A stretch of 62,655 nucleotides of DNA, the filler included. It is 3 parts of 3 records of this genome, joined end to end, with 100 filler letters (N's around TTAATTAATTAA, not from the genome) between each part and the next. Parts side by side here need not be neighbours in the genome. Positions count along the whole stretch, not along the records: positions 1 to 26,125 come from SRR31156797_10043; positions 26,226 to 46,664 come from SRR31156797_10054; 1 more part is not named here. One strand, written 5' to 3'. The notes under the pieces are model-generated. The model ran no database searches. It was given only the letters and a program-made list of their open reading frames with translations, and had not been told where the DNA came from. A program made the translations under genes and the position numbers. Position 1 is the stretch's first letter. Each line of letters starts with the position of its first letter. This document shows, one piece after another, positions 22,125-32,029 of this stretch.

Positions 22125-22238
22125 GAAACTTTTAATTATGGGCAATTTTCTGAATTAAGTCAAGCAAAAATAATCTTTTTGATGAGATTAAGCGTTATTT
22201 AATCTGATTTTAGCAAATCATAAACCCTGACGCAATCC

Positions 22239-23027
22239 TTATTTTATAACATGACTTTTTATACGATGATATTTGTCGAAAATAAATTGATTTGACAACA
22301 ACATGCTTAAAAACAAATTCATAGTAGTGCCTGTAAAAATAGCCAGCATAATCATCACCTGATATTTAATGGCAACAGCTGGAGAACTTCCTCCTAATAA
22401 TTGTCCAGTCATCATACCTGGCAAAGAGATTAAACCAATCACTGTCATGTTTGCAATCAGAGGATTAAGACCTCTTTTCACTGCCTCATTAATAAAAGGA
22501 CGAATTGCCAGTTTTGACTCTCCTGTATTGGTTAGAATAAAATAAAAGAACTCACTCTTTTCTTTTAAACTATTAAAATAGGTAGACAACCCAACTATAT
22601 TATGATTTAATGAATTACCTAAAATCATACCTGTAATAGGCACAAAATAACGGGCATCAAAAAAGTAATCAGCTTTAACAACTAATCCTAAGAAAAAAGT
22701 ATCAATTATTAATACCGATGTAAGTGCTGATAAAAACAGAGGTAAAGCGAAAAATTTCCAATTGAGCCCCACTCTTTTTATCGAAGTTCCAACTCCAACT
22801 ATAATCATTACAAAAACCCACGCTGAGTTTATCCAAGCATTATTTAGTTCAAAAATCTTTTCCAGATATAAGGCAATTAAACTTAACTGTAAAATCATCC
22901 TTACTAAAGCTACTAATATGCCTTTAACCAGCTTAATTTTAAAGTATAACAGAAACGAAATGGGGATGATCATAATCAAAAAACCCAAAGCTAAATTCCA
23001 AATATTTATATCAATTATTTCTTTCAT
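22239..23027 (-). CDS. ABC permease, UPF0014/FetB family
   Basis: RMILQL, PITGMILGN, GLISLPGMMTGQLLGGSSP..AIKYQ. Confidence 0.85.
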   Translation of the reverse strand: MKEIIDINIWNLALGFLIMIIPISFLLYFKIKLVKGILVALVRMILQLSLIALYLEKIFELNNAWINSAWVFVMIIVGVGTSIKRVGLNWKFFALPLFLSALTSVLIIDTFFLGLVVKADYFFDARYFVPITGMILGNSLNHNIVGLSTYFNSLKEKSEFFYFILTNTGESKLAIRPFINEAVKRGLNPLIANMTVIGLISLPGMMTGQLLGGSSPAVAIKYQVMIMLAIFTGTTMNLFLSMLLSNQFIFDKYHRIKSHVIK

Positions 23028-23620
23028 TTGAGTTCTATTATATGATCTGCACTATGCATCCAGGTAGAATTATGTGAGGCAGAAACGATCGTTCTTCCCT
23101 CCTGCTTTTTTATCGTTTTTATCAGAAGTTGAATTGAATTATCATCCAAGGATGAAGTTGGCTCATCCAATAATAATATCGGAGTATCTATACTTAAGCA
23201 AATACCTATAATAACACGTTGCTTTTGTCCTCCACTTATTTCCGAAAAATCCTTTTTTAAATAACTATCATCTAATCCTAATTGCAAGAAGTATTGTTGA
23301 ATCTGCTTTTTGTTTTCTTCAAGACATAACAACTCTATAAGTTGATGGCCATTTTTTACAGGTAGATTTACATTCTGCGGAATCCAGGTAATTTTACCTC
23401 TTATCGTCTTTATACTTTTTTCACTAACAGTCAAACCGTCTAATTTAACGGCTCCACTATCGGGCAAAACAAAACCCATCATCACTTTTAATAATGTACT
23501 TTTTCCTTTTCCTGATTCCCCGGTAATACAAATATTTTCTCCCTGCTTTATTTGCAAGTTAAATTTTGAAAATATTTGCTCTTGTTGAAAAGATAGGGAT
23601 ACATCTGAAAATTGTATCAT
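23024..23620 (-). CDS. ABC ATP-binding protein, FetA-like
   Basis: GESGKGKST, ISGGQKQR, LLDEPTS; ATGA overlap with permease. Confidence 0.88.
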   Translation of the reverse strand: MIQFSDVSLSFQQEQIFSKFNLQIKQGENICITGESGKGKSTLLKVMMGFVLPDSGAVKLDGLTVSEKSIKTIRGKITWIPQNVNLPVKNGHQLIELLCLEENKKQIQQYFLQLGLDDSYLKKDFSEISGGQKQRVIIGICLSIDTPILLLDEPTSSLDDNSIQLLIKTIKKQEGRTIVSASHNSTWMHSADHIIELK

Positions 23621-23737
23621 AGGCTAATTGTTTTCTTCAATTGATAGCGAAAGATACAAGTTAAAATGAAAAAATTAAGATAGACACCCCGTAATTAACA
23701 ATGGCGTTCAATAATAAACTGTTTTTATATAGGCTAA

Positions 23738-24301
23738 TTATTTTTGAGAAGGGAACAGCATCCATTTATCAGGATTATCTCCAGCCTCTTTCATCGAATC
23801 ATATGCCAACAAAAAAAATAAATCACTCATACGGTTTACATAATTTAAAATGTATTCCGGTATGCCATCTGCCTTACTTAGACTTACCAATTTTCGTTCA
23901 GCTGTTCGTGCAGCAGTTCGAGCCAAATGACATAGAGCAGAAGTCTGATTTCCTCCTGGAAGAATAAAAGCCAGCTTTTCTTCACTTAGCTTATCATTCA
24001 GTTCCACAACCCAATTTTCTAATTTCTGTAAACCTTCTGTTGGATGTTTCTTTTTATTTTCTTTAGGGCAATCTGATGGAGTGGCTATATGACTCATCAT
24101 AGCCATTATATCTCTTTGAATTTGAATGAGTCCAACATGCCAATCATTTTCATCTTTTAGTTGAACTCTGATCATTCCAATTCTGGAATTCAACTCATCC
24201 ATTAAACCATTACATTCTATTCTAATATGATCCTTATCCACCCTGCTTCCCCCAAATAAAGAGGTTTGTCCCTTGTCTCCCGTCTTTGTCGTTATACGCA
24301 T
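23738..24301 (-). CDS. PduO-type ATP:cob(I)alamin adenosyltransferase
   Basis: TKTGDKGQT, DELNS, FILPGG, ARTAARTAER, NRMSDLFF; TATATTTG at 24326-24333 (minus). Confidence 0.92.
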   Translation of the reverse strand: MRITTKTGDKGQTSLFGGSRVDKDHIRIECNGLMDELNSRIGMIRVQLKDENDWHVGLIQIQRDIMAMMSHIATPSDCPKENKKKHPTEGLQKLENWVVELNDKLSEEKLAFILPGGNQTSALCHLARTAARTAERKLVSLSKADGIPEYILNYVNRMSDLFFLLAYDSMKEAGDNPDKWMLFPSQK

Positions 24302-24333
24302 ATTTCTCTTTTGTAAATTCGATCACAAATATA

Positions 24334-25131
24334 TCAGAGTTTTTCAAAAGCAGATTTTAAATGATCAATCCAAATTTGCGCATACTCCTCCATTTCTAAT
24401 GTTCCTTTCAAAATAGGTTCGACTTCAAAACCTTCTTTTATTAAGATATTTTCCCAACTTTCATCATGATCTCCACACATATCATTTTTTACATGATTAC
24501 CTGCAACACTCATAAATGGCAATAGAAAAACTTTACGAATTGACTTTTCTTTTAATTGATTAACAACCTCTTTTATGGTTGGAAATCCTTCAACTGTTCC
24601 CATATAAACCGGTAGTTTATAATGAGACAAATAATAGTTTAGACCTGGATAGTATACATTGTTAATATGAGGCGAACCATGCCCCATTAAAACAACAGCT
24701 TCATCCTGCTTACAAACAGGCACTGAGTTTGAAATAGTCTCTACAGCCTTTTTAATATCCTGATGATGATACAATAACGGTTTACCAATTTCAATTTGCT
24801 CAATGCCTTTAGGTATACTTTCTACAGCCTTCACTGTCTGCACAAGAAAGTCATATTCAACTCCCGGAATAGTATGCAATGATTGTACAGCCACATGCGT
24901 AAACCCATCTTCTGCCAGTCGTGTTAAAGCCATCAATGGAGAATCTATTTCGATGCCTTCTTTTTTTAGCTTTTTACGAATAAAAGCAGAGGTAAAAGCC
25001 CAATGAATGGTGATACCAGAAAATTCTTCCATCACTTTTGCTCCAAACACTGTTAAGCTTTCACGAGCAGAACCAATGGAGGATCCAAACGCGACTAAAA
25101 GAATGGCTTTTTTCTTCGGTTTGTCTTTCAT
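24334..25131 (-). CDS. cbiK: Sirohydrochlorin cobaltochelatase (CbiK family)
   Basis: LLVAFGSS, AFTS, QSLHTIPGVEY, MGHG, GTVEGFP, PFMSVAGNHVKND. Confidence 0.9.
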   Translation of the reverse strand: MKDKPKKKAILLVAFGSSIGSARESLTVFGAKVMEEFSGITIHWAFTSAFIRKKLKKEGIEIDSPLMALTRLAEDGFTHVAVQSLHTIPGVEYDFLVQTVKAVESIPKGIEQIEIGKPLLYHHQDIKKAVETISNSVPVCKQDEAVVLMGHGSPHINNVYYPGLNYYLSHYKLPVYMGTVEGFPTIKEVVNQLKEKSIRKVFLLPFMSVAGNHVKNDMCGDHDESWENILIKEGFEVEPILKGTLEMEEYAQIWIDHLKSAFEKL

Positions 25132-25194
25132 AAAGTTTTATTTCTTAGCAAACACAAAGAAACAGCTATTGTTTGAAGATATTCAACTAAAAAC

Positions 25195-25225
25195 AAAAAG
25201 CTTGTGCAAATCAAAACACAAGCTT
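25195..25225 (-). terminator. Putative terminator after GIN-domain gene
   Basis: AAGCTTGTG/CACAAGCTT inverted repeat with minus-strand U-tract. Confidence 0.55.
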
Positions 25226-25254
25226 AAGTTTTCTTTTTATCTCTTACAACTAAT

Positions 25255-26027
25255 TTAAACCCCGACTATTCTTCCTGATCCATCAATATCAGAAGTAACA
25301 GATGGAGATCCTTTATATTTTACATCGCCGCTACCTTCTATCTTAACGTATAATGTTTCGGACGTATTAATATTTACATCTCCAGAACCATATATATAGA
25401 CTGAAGTTTGGTCAGATTCCATATCATATCCTTTAAATGTACCTGAACCTTCAATTTTGATTGTTTGTTCAGTTGTAGTTCCTGATACTTGTATATTACC
25501 TGATCCTTCAATTTTAGATTCTATTTCATCGGCAGAGATATCATTCAATCTAATATTGCCACTTCCTTCAATTACAATTTTTGCCTTCGAAATATTATTT
25601 AATGATGCCGGAACTAAAAAATATTTCCGCTCCCGTTAAGGATAAATACAATATTGTTAGAATTGGCAGAATAAACTCGAATATCTCCGGAACCTTCCAA
25701 TATTACTCTGGAAATTTCAGGTAATGTGATTTTAATCTTTAACGAAAAGTTAGCATAGCTTCCTTTTGCCAATTTCGCTTTCCAATGACCATCTTCAACC
25801 CAGGTATTAAGTCGTTCTATAATATTTAAATTTCCTGTGGCTTCCACCTTTTGCTCCTCACCATAATTAACCTCAATATCAAATGAGCCTTCGAGAGCAA
25901 AGCTTTCAAATTCATCTAAATCTAATTCCTTGGTTACAATTGGCCCTTCGCCTTCAATTCGATCCAGGCAGGAAAATAATGGAATAGACATTACAAATGC
26001 TACAAATAGGTATATTATCTTTTTCAT
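25255..26027 (-). pseudogene. Head GIN (DUF2807-like) lipoprotein, frameshifted in a T6 run
   Basis: LFSC lipobox and repeated xxGSGxI units in two ORFs (25614-26027 and 25255-25548); one extra T in the run at 25616-25621 restores a 257-aa frame. Confidence 0.75.
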
Positions 26028-26125
26028 CGTCTTATCTTTTAATGTGTTATTAAATTGCGAGCTCAGTTCAAAGACAAAACAAAAATTAAAGAGTTGGGAT
26101 CTCCCGATATTTTTGGGTTTGATTA

Positions 26126-26225
26126 NNNNNNNNNNNNNNNNNNNNNNNNNNNNNNNNNNNNNNNNNNNNTTAATTAATTAANNNNNNNNNNNNNNNNNNN
26201 NNNNNNNNNNNNNNNNNNNNNNNNN
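26126..26225. other. Artificial contig linker N44-TTAATTAATTAA-N44
   Basis: Stops in all six frames flanked by Ns; gene style and lineage signals change across it. Confidence 0.98.
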
Positions 26226-26226
26226 T

Positions 26227-26688
26227 GAAGCAGGAAAAGGTTTTGCAGTTGTTGCCCAAGAAGTAAGAAATCTTGCAAATAGAAGTGCCGAAGCTGCGAA
26301 AGAGATTAAAGAGCTGGTTGAACTTGCTACAAATAAAGCAAATGAAGGTAAAGATATTGCAGATAAAATGATTGAAGATTATAAAGGATTAAATACTAAT
26401 ATCAATGAAACAAATCAGTTAATTGATAGTATTGTATCTGCTTCAGAAGAACAAGAAAGAGGAATTAATCTAATCAATGACACTGTTTCTCAAATAGATA
26501 CTTTAACTCAACAAAATGCCCAAGTTGCAGAAGAGGTAAAAGTTATATCAATACAAATGAATAAAGTTGCAAATAAAAATGTTGAGTTAATCTCAAAGTC
26601 ACAATTTCAAGGAAAAGAAAATCTTCAAATAAGAGAAAAACCAAGAGACAACAATTTTGAAGGTAAAGAGAAAAGAAAAATAACATAA
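26227..26688 (+). CDS. Methyl-accepting chemotaxis protein, C-terminal fragment (5' truncated)
   Basis: Frame open from contig edge: EAGKGFAVVAQEVRNLANRSAEAAKEIK...TQQNA. Confidence 0.92.
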   Translation, partial: EAGKGFAVVAQEVRNLANRSAEAAKEIKELVELATNKANEGKDIADKMIEDYKGLNTNINETNQLIDSIVSASEEQERGINLINDTVSQIDTLTQQNAQVAEEVKVISIQMNKVANKNVELISKSQFQGKENLQIREKPRDNNFEGKEKRKIT

Positions 26689-26761
26689 AATAAACTTTTT
26701 AACTTCCTTTTTAAGCACTTTTGATAGAATAGCACTCATTAAAATAAACACAGGAAATGAG

Positions 26762-27736
26762 ATGCTAGAAAAAAAAGGTTCAATTTTTACAGTAAGAGAA
26801 GACTTGAAAGTTTTTGATTGTACTATTAGAGACGGAGGTCTTGTTAATAATTATTATTTTAGTGATGAGTTTGTTAAAGCTCATTATGAAATGTGTGTAG
26901 CTGCTGGAATTGATTATATGGAAATTGGTAAAAATGTATCTCCTACAGTAATGAGTGAGGATGAATATGGATGCTGGAACTTCTGTAAAGAAGAAGATAT
27001 CAGAAGAATTGTTGGGGAGAACAATACTAACTTAAAAATCGCAGTTATGGCAGATGTTGGTAGAACATTAAAAGAAGAGATTCCACCAAGAAGTGAAAGT
27101 GTTGTTGATATGATTAGAGTAGCTACTTACATTCATCAACTTCCTGAAGCAATTGACTTAATTGAAGATTTCCATAATAAGGGATATGAAACTACATGTA
27201 ATATTATGGCAATATCAAAATCTTTTGATGATGAACTAGATGAAGTATTAGCTCAAGTTAGTAAATCAAATGTTGATGTTATTTATATAGCCGATAGTTT
27301 CGGTTCTTTTTACCCTGAACAAATTAACAAACTTACTGAAAAATACCTTTCTTTCGCAGAAGAAACAAATAAAAAAGTAGGTATCCATGCACATAATAAC
27401 CTTCAACTTGCATATGCAAATACTCTTGAAGCTATGATTTATGGAACTAGTTTTCTAGATGTAACTGTTTCAGGACTAGGAAGAGGTGCAGGTAATTGCC
27501 CTATGGAACTTTTAGTTGGATTCCTTAAAAACCCAAAATATAAATTACTTCCTGTATTAAAATTTATTGAAGAGTTTATAACTCCACTTGAAAAAGAATT
27601 AGATTGGGGATATTCTGTACCATATATGATTACTGGAAAACTAAACGAACACCCAAGACCTGCTATGAAAGCAAGAGATATAGGTGACACAAAATATGTA
27701 AACTTCTACAATAAACTTACAGAAGAATATAGCTAA
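26762..27736 (+). CDS. DRE-TIM metallolyase, 4-hydroxy-2-oxovalerate aldolase-like
   Basis: DCTIRDGG, ADSFGS, GIHAHNN, GLGRGAGNCPME. Confidence 0.8.
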   Translation: MLEKKGSIFTVREDLKVFDCTIRDGGLVNNYYFSDEFVKAHYEMCVAAGIDYMEIGKNVSPTVMSEDEYGCWNFCKEEDIRRIVGENNTNLKIAVMADVGRTLKEEIPPRSESVVDMIRVATYIHQLPEAIDLIEDFHNKGYETTCNIMAISKSFDDELDEVLAQVSKSNVDVIYIADSFGSFYPEQINKLTEKYLSFAEETNKKVGIHAHNNLQLAYANTLEAMIYGTSFLDVTVSGLGRGAGNCPMELLVGFLKNPKYKLLPVLKFIEEFITPLEKELDWGYSVPYMITGKLNEHPRPAMKARDIGDTKYVNFYNKLTEEYS

Positions 27737-27738
27737 AC

Positions 27739-27761
27739 CTAGAGAAGATTATCTTCTCTAG
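27739..27761 (+). terminator. Hairpin after aldolase gene
   Basis: CTAGAGAAGA-TTA-TCTTCTCTAG perfect 10-bp inverted repeat; no clear U-tract. Confidence 0.55.
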
Positions 27762-28064
27762 TTAACTTCAAATTATATTATTTTCTTTTTTATTATAATT
27801 TTTTCAAAGCTTTTCTTAATAACCTAAGGGGTTAGATTAACATACTTAAGATGCTTATACATTAAAGCCTTTTACTATGTACAAAACAGAACAAATACAA
27901 TTAAAGAGACGAAAAAAGGAGTAAGAATAGTAAATAAATTATGTGATGAGTTAGAAAAAGAGTTGAAGAAAAAAATAAGTGTATTTCAAAAAGATACACC
28001 AAGACTTATGGTATATTGATTTAGGTACTGCTTTAATTGGCTTAGAAGTAAGTTAAGTTTTATA

Positions 28065-28093
28065 ATAAAAAAGAGGAGATTCCTCTTTTTTAT
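28065..28093 (-). terminator. Intrinsic terminator ending the fdhF-hyf operon
   Basis: ATAAAAAAGAGGA-GAT-TCCTCTTTTTTAT immediately after fdhF2 stop. Confidence 0.8.
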
Positions 28094-30343
28094 TTATGCA
28101 TGATGATAATCATCATATATGATTTTAGAAGTTTTAAATTTCATTTTTTTGAATGCTATTATATTACTGTACTCCTCTTGGGTAATTTTTTCCATTTTTA
28201 CAGCGGCTTTATAAGTTGGTGTTTTAGTTATATAATCCCAACCACCACTTGTTAACTCATTACATAAACCTTCCCAATAGTGAAATGTCATCTGCATAAC
28301 ATTATCTGGAACAGTTTCTGTAATCTCAACTAACACTGCAATATAACCATATCTACTCTCAACTTTTATAAAGTCGTGATTACTAAGATTATATCTTTTT
28401 GCTAAAGCTGGATTAATCTCAGCACTTGGTCCATGTGCATCACCACCTTGTTCAATAGCTTTTGAGCGTCTAGTCATAGTTCCAACTGTATATTGATATA
28501 CTTTTCTTGTTGTAAGTAAGGTAATAGGAAACTCTAAATCAGTTTTTTCATCTATTGAACCTACCATACAAGGATAATCTTTAGGAAGATTTAGTTTAAT
28601 TCTCAACTGCTCTTGAGCTTCATTTGTATCCTCTTTATTATCTATAAATACAACTGGTACTAAATTTGCTTTTTTGTCTTTTGTAAAGAACTTTTTATCC
28701 ATATATAAACTTGGAGTTCCTGGATGGTCCTCAGTTGGACAAGGCCAAGCAATCCCCTCTTTCCCTTGAAGTCTTTTATAACTAATTCCTCCAAATCTTC
28801 TAGGGTCTGCAACTCTTACTTCATTCCATATCTCTTCTGGCTCTTGATATTCAAAATCAGTTGCACCAAAGCTTTTTGCTAACATACATATGATTTCCCA
28901 GTCTTGTTTTACATCACCTTTTGGCTCTAGAGTTTTATCATTTAACTGAACTCTTCTTTCAGCATTTAAATAACACCCTTGTTTTTCTGCAACACTAACA
29001 GCAGGTAAAACTACATCTGCTTTTAGAGCAGTTTCTGTCATAAAAATATCTTGAACCACATAAAAATCTAATTGTGAAATACCTTTTAGGAAATGGTTAG
29101 TATTTGGTTCAGAGATAACTGGATTTTCTCCAATTGTATAAAACACTTTTACTCTCCCATCTATAATTGCATCAGGCACTTCAGTTTTATGTATACCAAT
29201 TTTTGTACTAAGTGGTTGTTTACAATCCCATAGATTTTCAAAAAATTCTTTACCTTCAGTTGAAGTTACAAGTTTCAAGTTTGGATATACATTTGGTAAA
29301 ACACCCATATCACAAGCTCCTTGAACATTTTGTTGACCTCTAAGAGGTAAATCCCCTGCTCCTAATTTTCCAATATTTCCAGTTATTAGCATAAGGTTTG
29401 AAATATCACAAACATTTCCCACCCCATGATTAAAGTGTGTTACACCCATACCATGTGTTATTGCTGCTGGACTTGTTGTTGCATAAATCTCTGCTGCTTT
29501 TTTTAGTAAATCTCCATCAACTCCTGTCATTTCAGATACTTTTTCAGCAGTATAATCTTTAACTGCTTCTTTTAAATATTCAAAGCCATGAGTATAGTTT
29601 TCAACAAACTCTTTATCGTATAAATCATTCTCTATAATATGCAAAATTAGCATATTTATAATCGGAATATTATACTCAGGGGGTAATTGAATAAATACAT
29701 CCGCTTTTTGTGCAAACTCAGTTCTAATAGGATCTATTACTATAAGTTTTGCTCCTCTTGATATTGCCCTTTGTATATGCATTGCTGCAATTGGGTGTCC
29801 ATTTTCTGGATTTGAACCAATCATTAAAATACAATTTGAGTGTTCCCCAATCTCTGTAAAACTGTTTGTAGCTGTACCATTACCAATTGTTTTAGCCAGA
29901 CCGGCTACTGTTGGTGCATGTCAAACTCTCGCACAGTGATCTACATTGTTTGTACCAATTATTGCTCTCATAAATTTTTGAGCTAAATAGTTCTCTTCTA
30001 AAGTACATCTAGCAGAAAAATTTCCAACTATAGAATCAGCTCCAAAATTCTCTTTTGCTTCTTTCATTTTAGAAACAACTAAACTTATTGCCTCATCCCA
30101 AGAAGATTCTTCAAATGTTCCCTCTTTAGAAAAAACTCCATCTTTTTTTCTAATCAAGGGTTTTGTTAATCTATCTTTTGACTCAACATAATCCCATCCA
30201 TATAAACCTTTTAGACATAGATGCCCTTCATTTACTGGATGACCTTTTACACCTTTTACTTTTACAATTTTATTATCCTGTGAAGTAAGGTTTACTCCAC
30301 AACCTGTCCCACAATAGGGACAGATTACATTTGTTTCTTTCAT
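28094..30343 (-). CDS. fdhF: Selenocysteine formate dehydrogenase H-type alpha subunit (copy 2), 749 aa, Sec141
   Basis: ORFs 29921-30343 and 28094-29824 are in frame across TGA 29921-29923: DHCARV-U-HAPTVAGLAKTIGNG; CPYCGTGC..C cluster; RGQQNVQG. Confidence 0.93.
29893..29907 (-). promoter_or_regulatory. Bacterial SECIS hairpin of fdhF copy 2
   Basis: TAGCC-GGTCT-GGCTA starting 14 nt after the UGA; GGUCU apex as in E. coli fdhF SECIS. Confidence 0.85.
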
Positions 30344-30353
30344 CTTAAAACCT

Positions 30354-31208
30354 TTATTTTTTCATATCAACTTTATGAGACATAAAACCAATAACACCTA
30401 CAAAAAATAATCCACCAACAATATTTCCTAATGTAACAGGTAATAAGTTATTTGGGAAAATTTTTACAAAACTCAATGCTTCTAATTTATCAATTGCCAC
30501 ATGACTATGTGTTGCTAATTCTTGAAGTGAACCTCCAACTTCATTTAAGTAATAAGCTTTAGCAAATAATGCTTCACTAAAAATAAACATATTTGCAACA
30601 ACGTGTTCATAACCAGACCCAACGAATGCTGCAATGATAAATGCTATAGATAACACTTTTCCTGCGGCATCAGAAGCTCCAGTTGCAGACCAAACTGCCA
30701 TACATACAAATACATTACAAAAAATACCTCTAATAAAAGCAGCCTCAAAAGATAGATTAGCTTTTCCAACTCCTAATAAAAGGAAATGGTGTAAAATTTC
30801 ACCGTTATATTTTAAAGGTAACTCTGATTTATAATACATATAAGCAACAATAAATGCACCAACAAAATTAAAAATCCAAACAATAACCCAATAAGTAATC
30901 ATTTTGGGAAAAGTTAATTTTTGATCAATTGTTGAAACTCCTGTCATAAGAGAACTAGTAAAAAGATGCCCTCCAAAGAAAACAACCATCATAAGTCCTA
31001 CTGAGAATGCAACACCTCCAATAAAGTTTGCAATCCCAGGAGAAGATGCTTCGGCAACACCAACTGTTGAATGGGCCCAGAAGATGTCACCCATTGCTAT
31101 TGAACCACCTGCCATAATTGACAAAAATATTACACTTAACATTGGCATGTTAGCTTTATGGTCCATTCCACTAAATAAAGACTTTGCTGTATCTGCTGGT
31201 GATAACAT
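30354..31208 (-). CDS. focA: Formate/nitrite transporter family channel (FocA/FdhC-like)
   Basis: GHLFTS, GIFCNVFVCMAVW, GYEHVVANMF, PVTLGNIVGG. Confidence 0.88.
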   Translation of the reverse strand: MLSPADTAKSLFSGMDHKANMPMLSVIFLSIMAGGSIAMGDIFWAHSTVGVAEASSPGIANFIGGVAFSVGLMMVVFFGGHLFTSSLMTGVSTIDQKLTFPKMITYWVIVWIFNFVGAFIVAYMYYKSELPLKYNGEILHHFLLLGVGKANLSFEAAFIRGIFCNVFVCMAVWSATGASDAAGKVLSIAFIIAAFVGSGYEHVVANMFIFSEALFAKAYYLNEVGGSLQELATHSHVAIDKLEALSFVKIFPNNLLPVTLGNIVGGLFFVGVIGFMSHKVDMKK

Positions 31209-31219
31209 GATTTATCCTT

Positions 31220-31675
31220 TTATATTTTATCCATAAAAATTGAATCAATTTCAAAAACTTTTTCTAAAGCACTTTTTGCTGTTACCTCTGCTTCTTTTGA
31301 TATACTGTCACTTATTCCTAATACATTTTCAATATCAACTGTAAGTCCTAGGAAAAGTACGCTTCCACAAAATCCTCTTAGATAACTAAGAAGTATTGGT
31401 GCAGGAAGATTATGGGTTGAGTACATATAATCTCTATCATCACTTATATCTATAACCTCTACTCTTCCTATTTTTAATCCTGTCATCGCATCGGCAACCA
31501 CAACTAAATCAGGTGCATATTCCCTTATTTTATGAAATTGGCTCTCTGGTGTATCTTCACCATAAAATATTTCCCAGTCTAAAGAACTCTCACCCTCTAT
31601 TAGTTTTCCTAAATATGAAGTGATACCATCATCACCTCTTAATGTATTTCCTATTGTTAGAATTGCTTTTTTCAT
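31220..31675 (-). CDS. hycI: Hydrogenase maturation endopeptidase
   Basis: IGNTLRGDDG, GEDTPE, VADA, STHNLP. Confidence 0.88.
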   Translation of the reverse strand: MKKAILTIGNTLRGDDGITSYLGKLIEGESSLDWEIFYGEDTPESQFHKIREYAPDLVVVADAMTGLKIGRVEVIDISDDRDYMYSTHNLPAPILLSYLRGFCGSVLFLGLTVDIENVLGISDSISKEAEVTAKSALEKVFEIDSIFMDKI

Positions 31676-32019
31676 ATGCTTTTCCTTATTACAATAAAAC
31701 CCTCTTTTAATGATGAAAAAATAGTTTTTAAAGAACAGTCTGGCATTTGAGGTATAAGTTTCTGTGCATGCTCTGGGAAGATTTCAACTTCAAAATATTT
31801 TGTTAAATTTCCTAGTTTAAACTTTGCATACTCTTCACACTCATCAACTATATTTTTATATTTTTCTTCCTCTATTTTTTCTATACACTCCATAAAATCA
31901 ACTGTACCAACTCCATGTCCTACTGACATTGAAAATATTTTTACCTGTTCATATTTTGTAGGTAACTCTTCATTTGTTGGTTCAACTCGTCTTTTTGTTA
32001 ATTTACAAATTTCAATCAT
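31672..32019 (-). CDS. Formate hydrogenlyase maturation protein (HycH/HyfJ family)
   Basis: FSMSVGHGVGTVDF motif, size and position between small subunit and protease. Confidence 0.7.
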   Translation of the reverse strand: MIEICKLTKRRVEPTNEELPTKYEQVKIFSMSVGHGVGTVDFMECIEKIEEEKYKNIVDECEEYAKFKLGNLTKYFEVEIFPEHAQKLIPQMPDCSLKTIFSSLKEGFIVIRKSI

Positions 32020-32029
32020 GATAAACTTC

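Noticed and set aside
25132-25254. Cobalamin riboswitch upstream of cbiK
   Set aside because: Region is short and AT-rich with no B12-box-like sequence; only a terminator-like hairpin
26170-26181. TTAATTAATTAA palindrome (also 46709-46720)
   Set aside because: Synthetic six-frame stop linker inside N padding, not biological
27828-28019. Open plus-strand frame of about 63 codons (…KAFYYVQNRTNTIKETKKGVRIVNKLCDELEKELKKK…) between aldolase and operon terminator
   Set aside because: No in-frame ATG/GTG/TTG near its 5' end and no recognisable family; could be a gene remnant but unsupported
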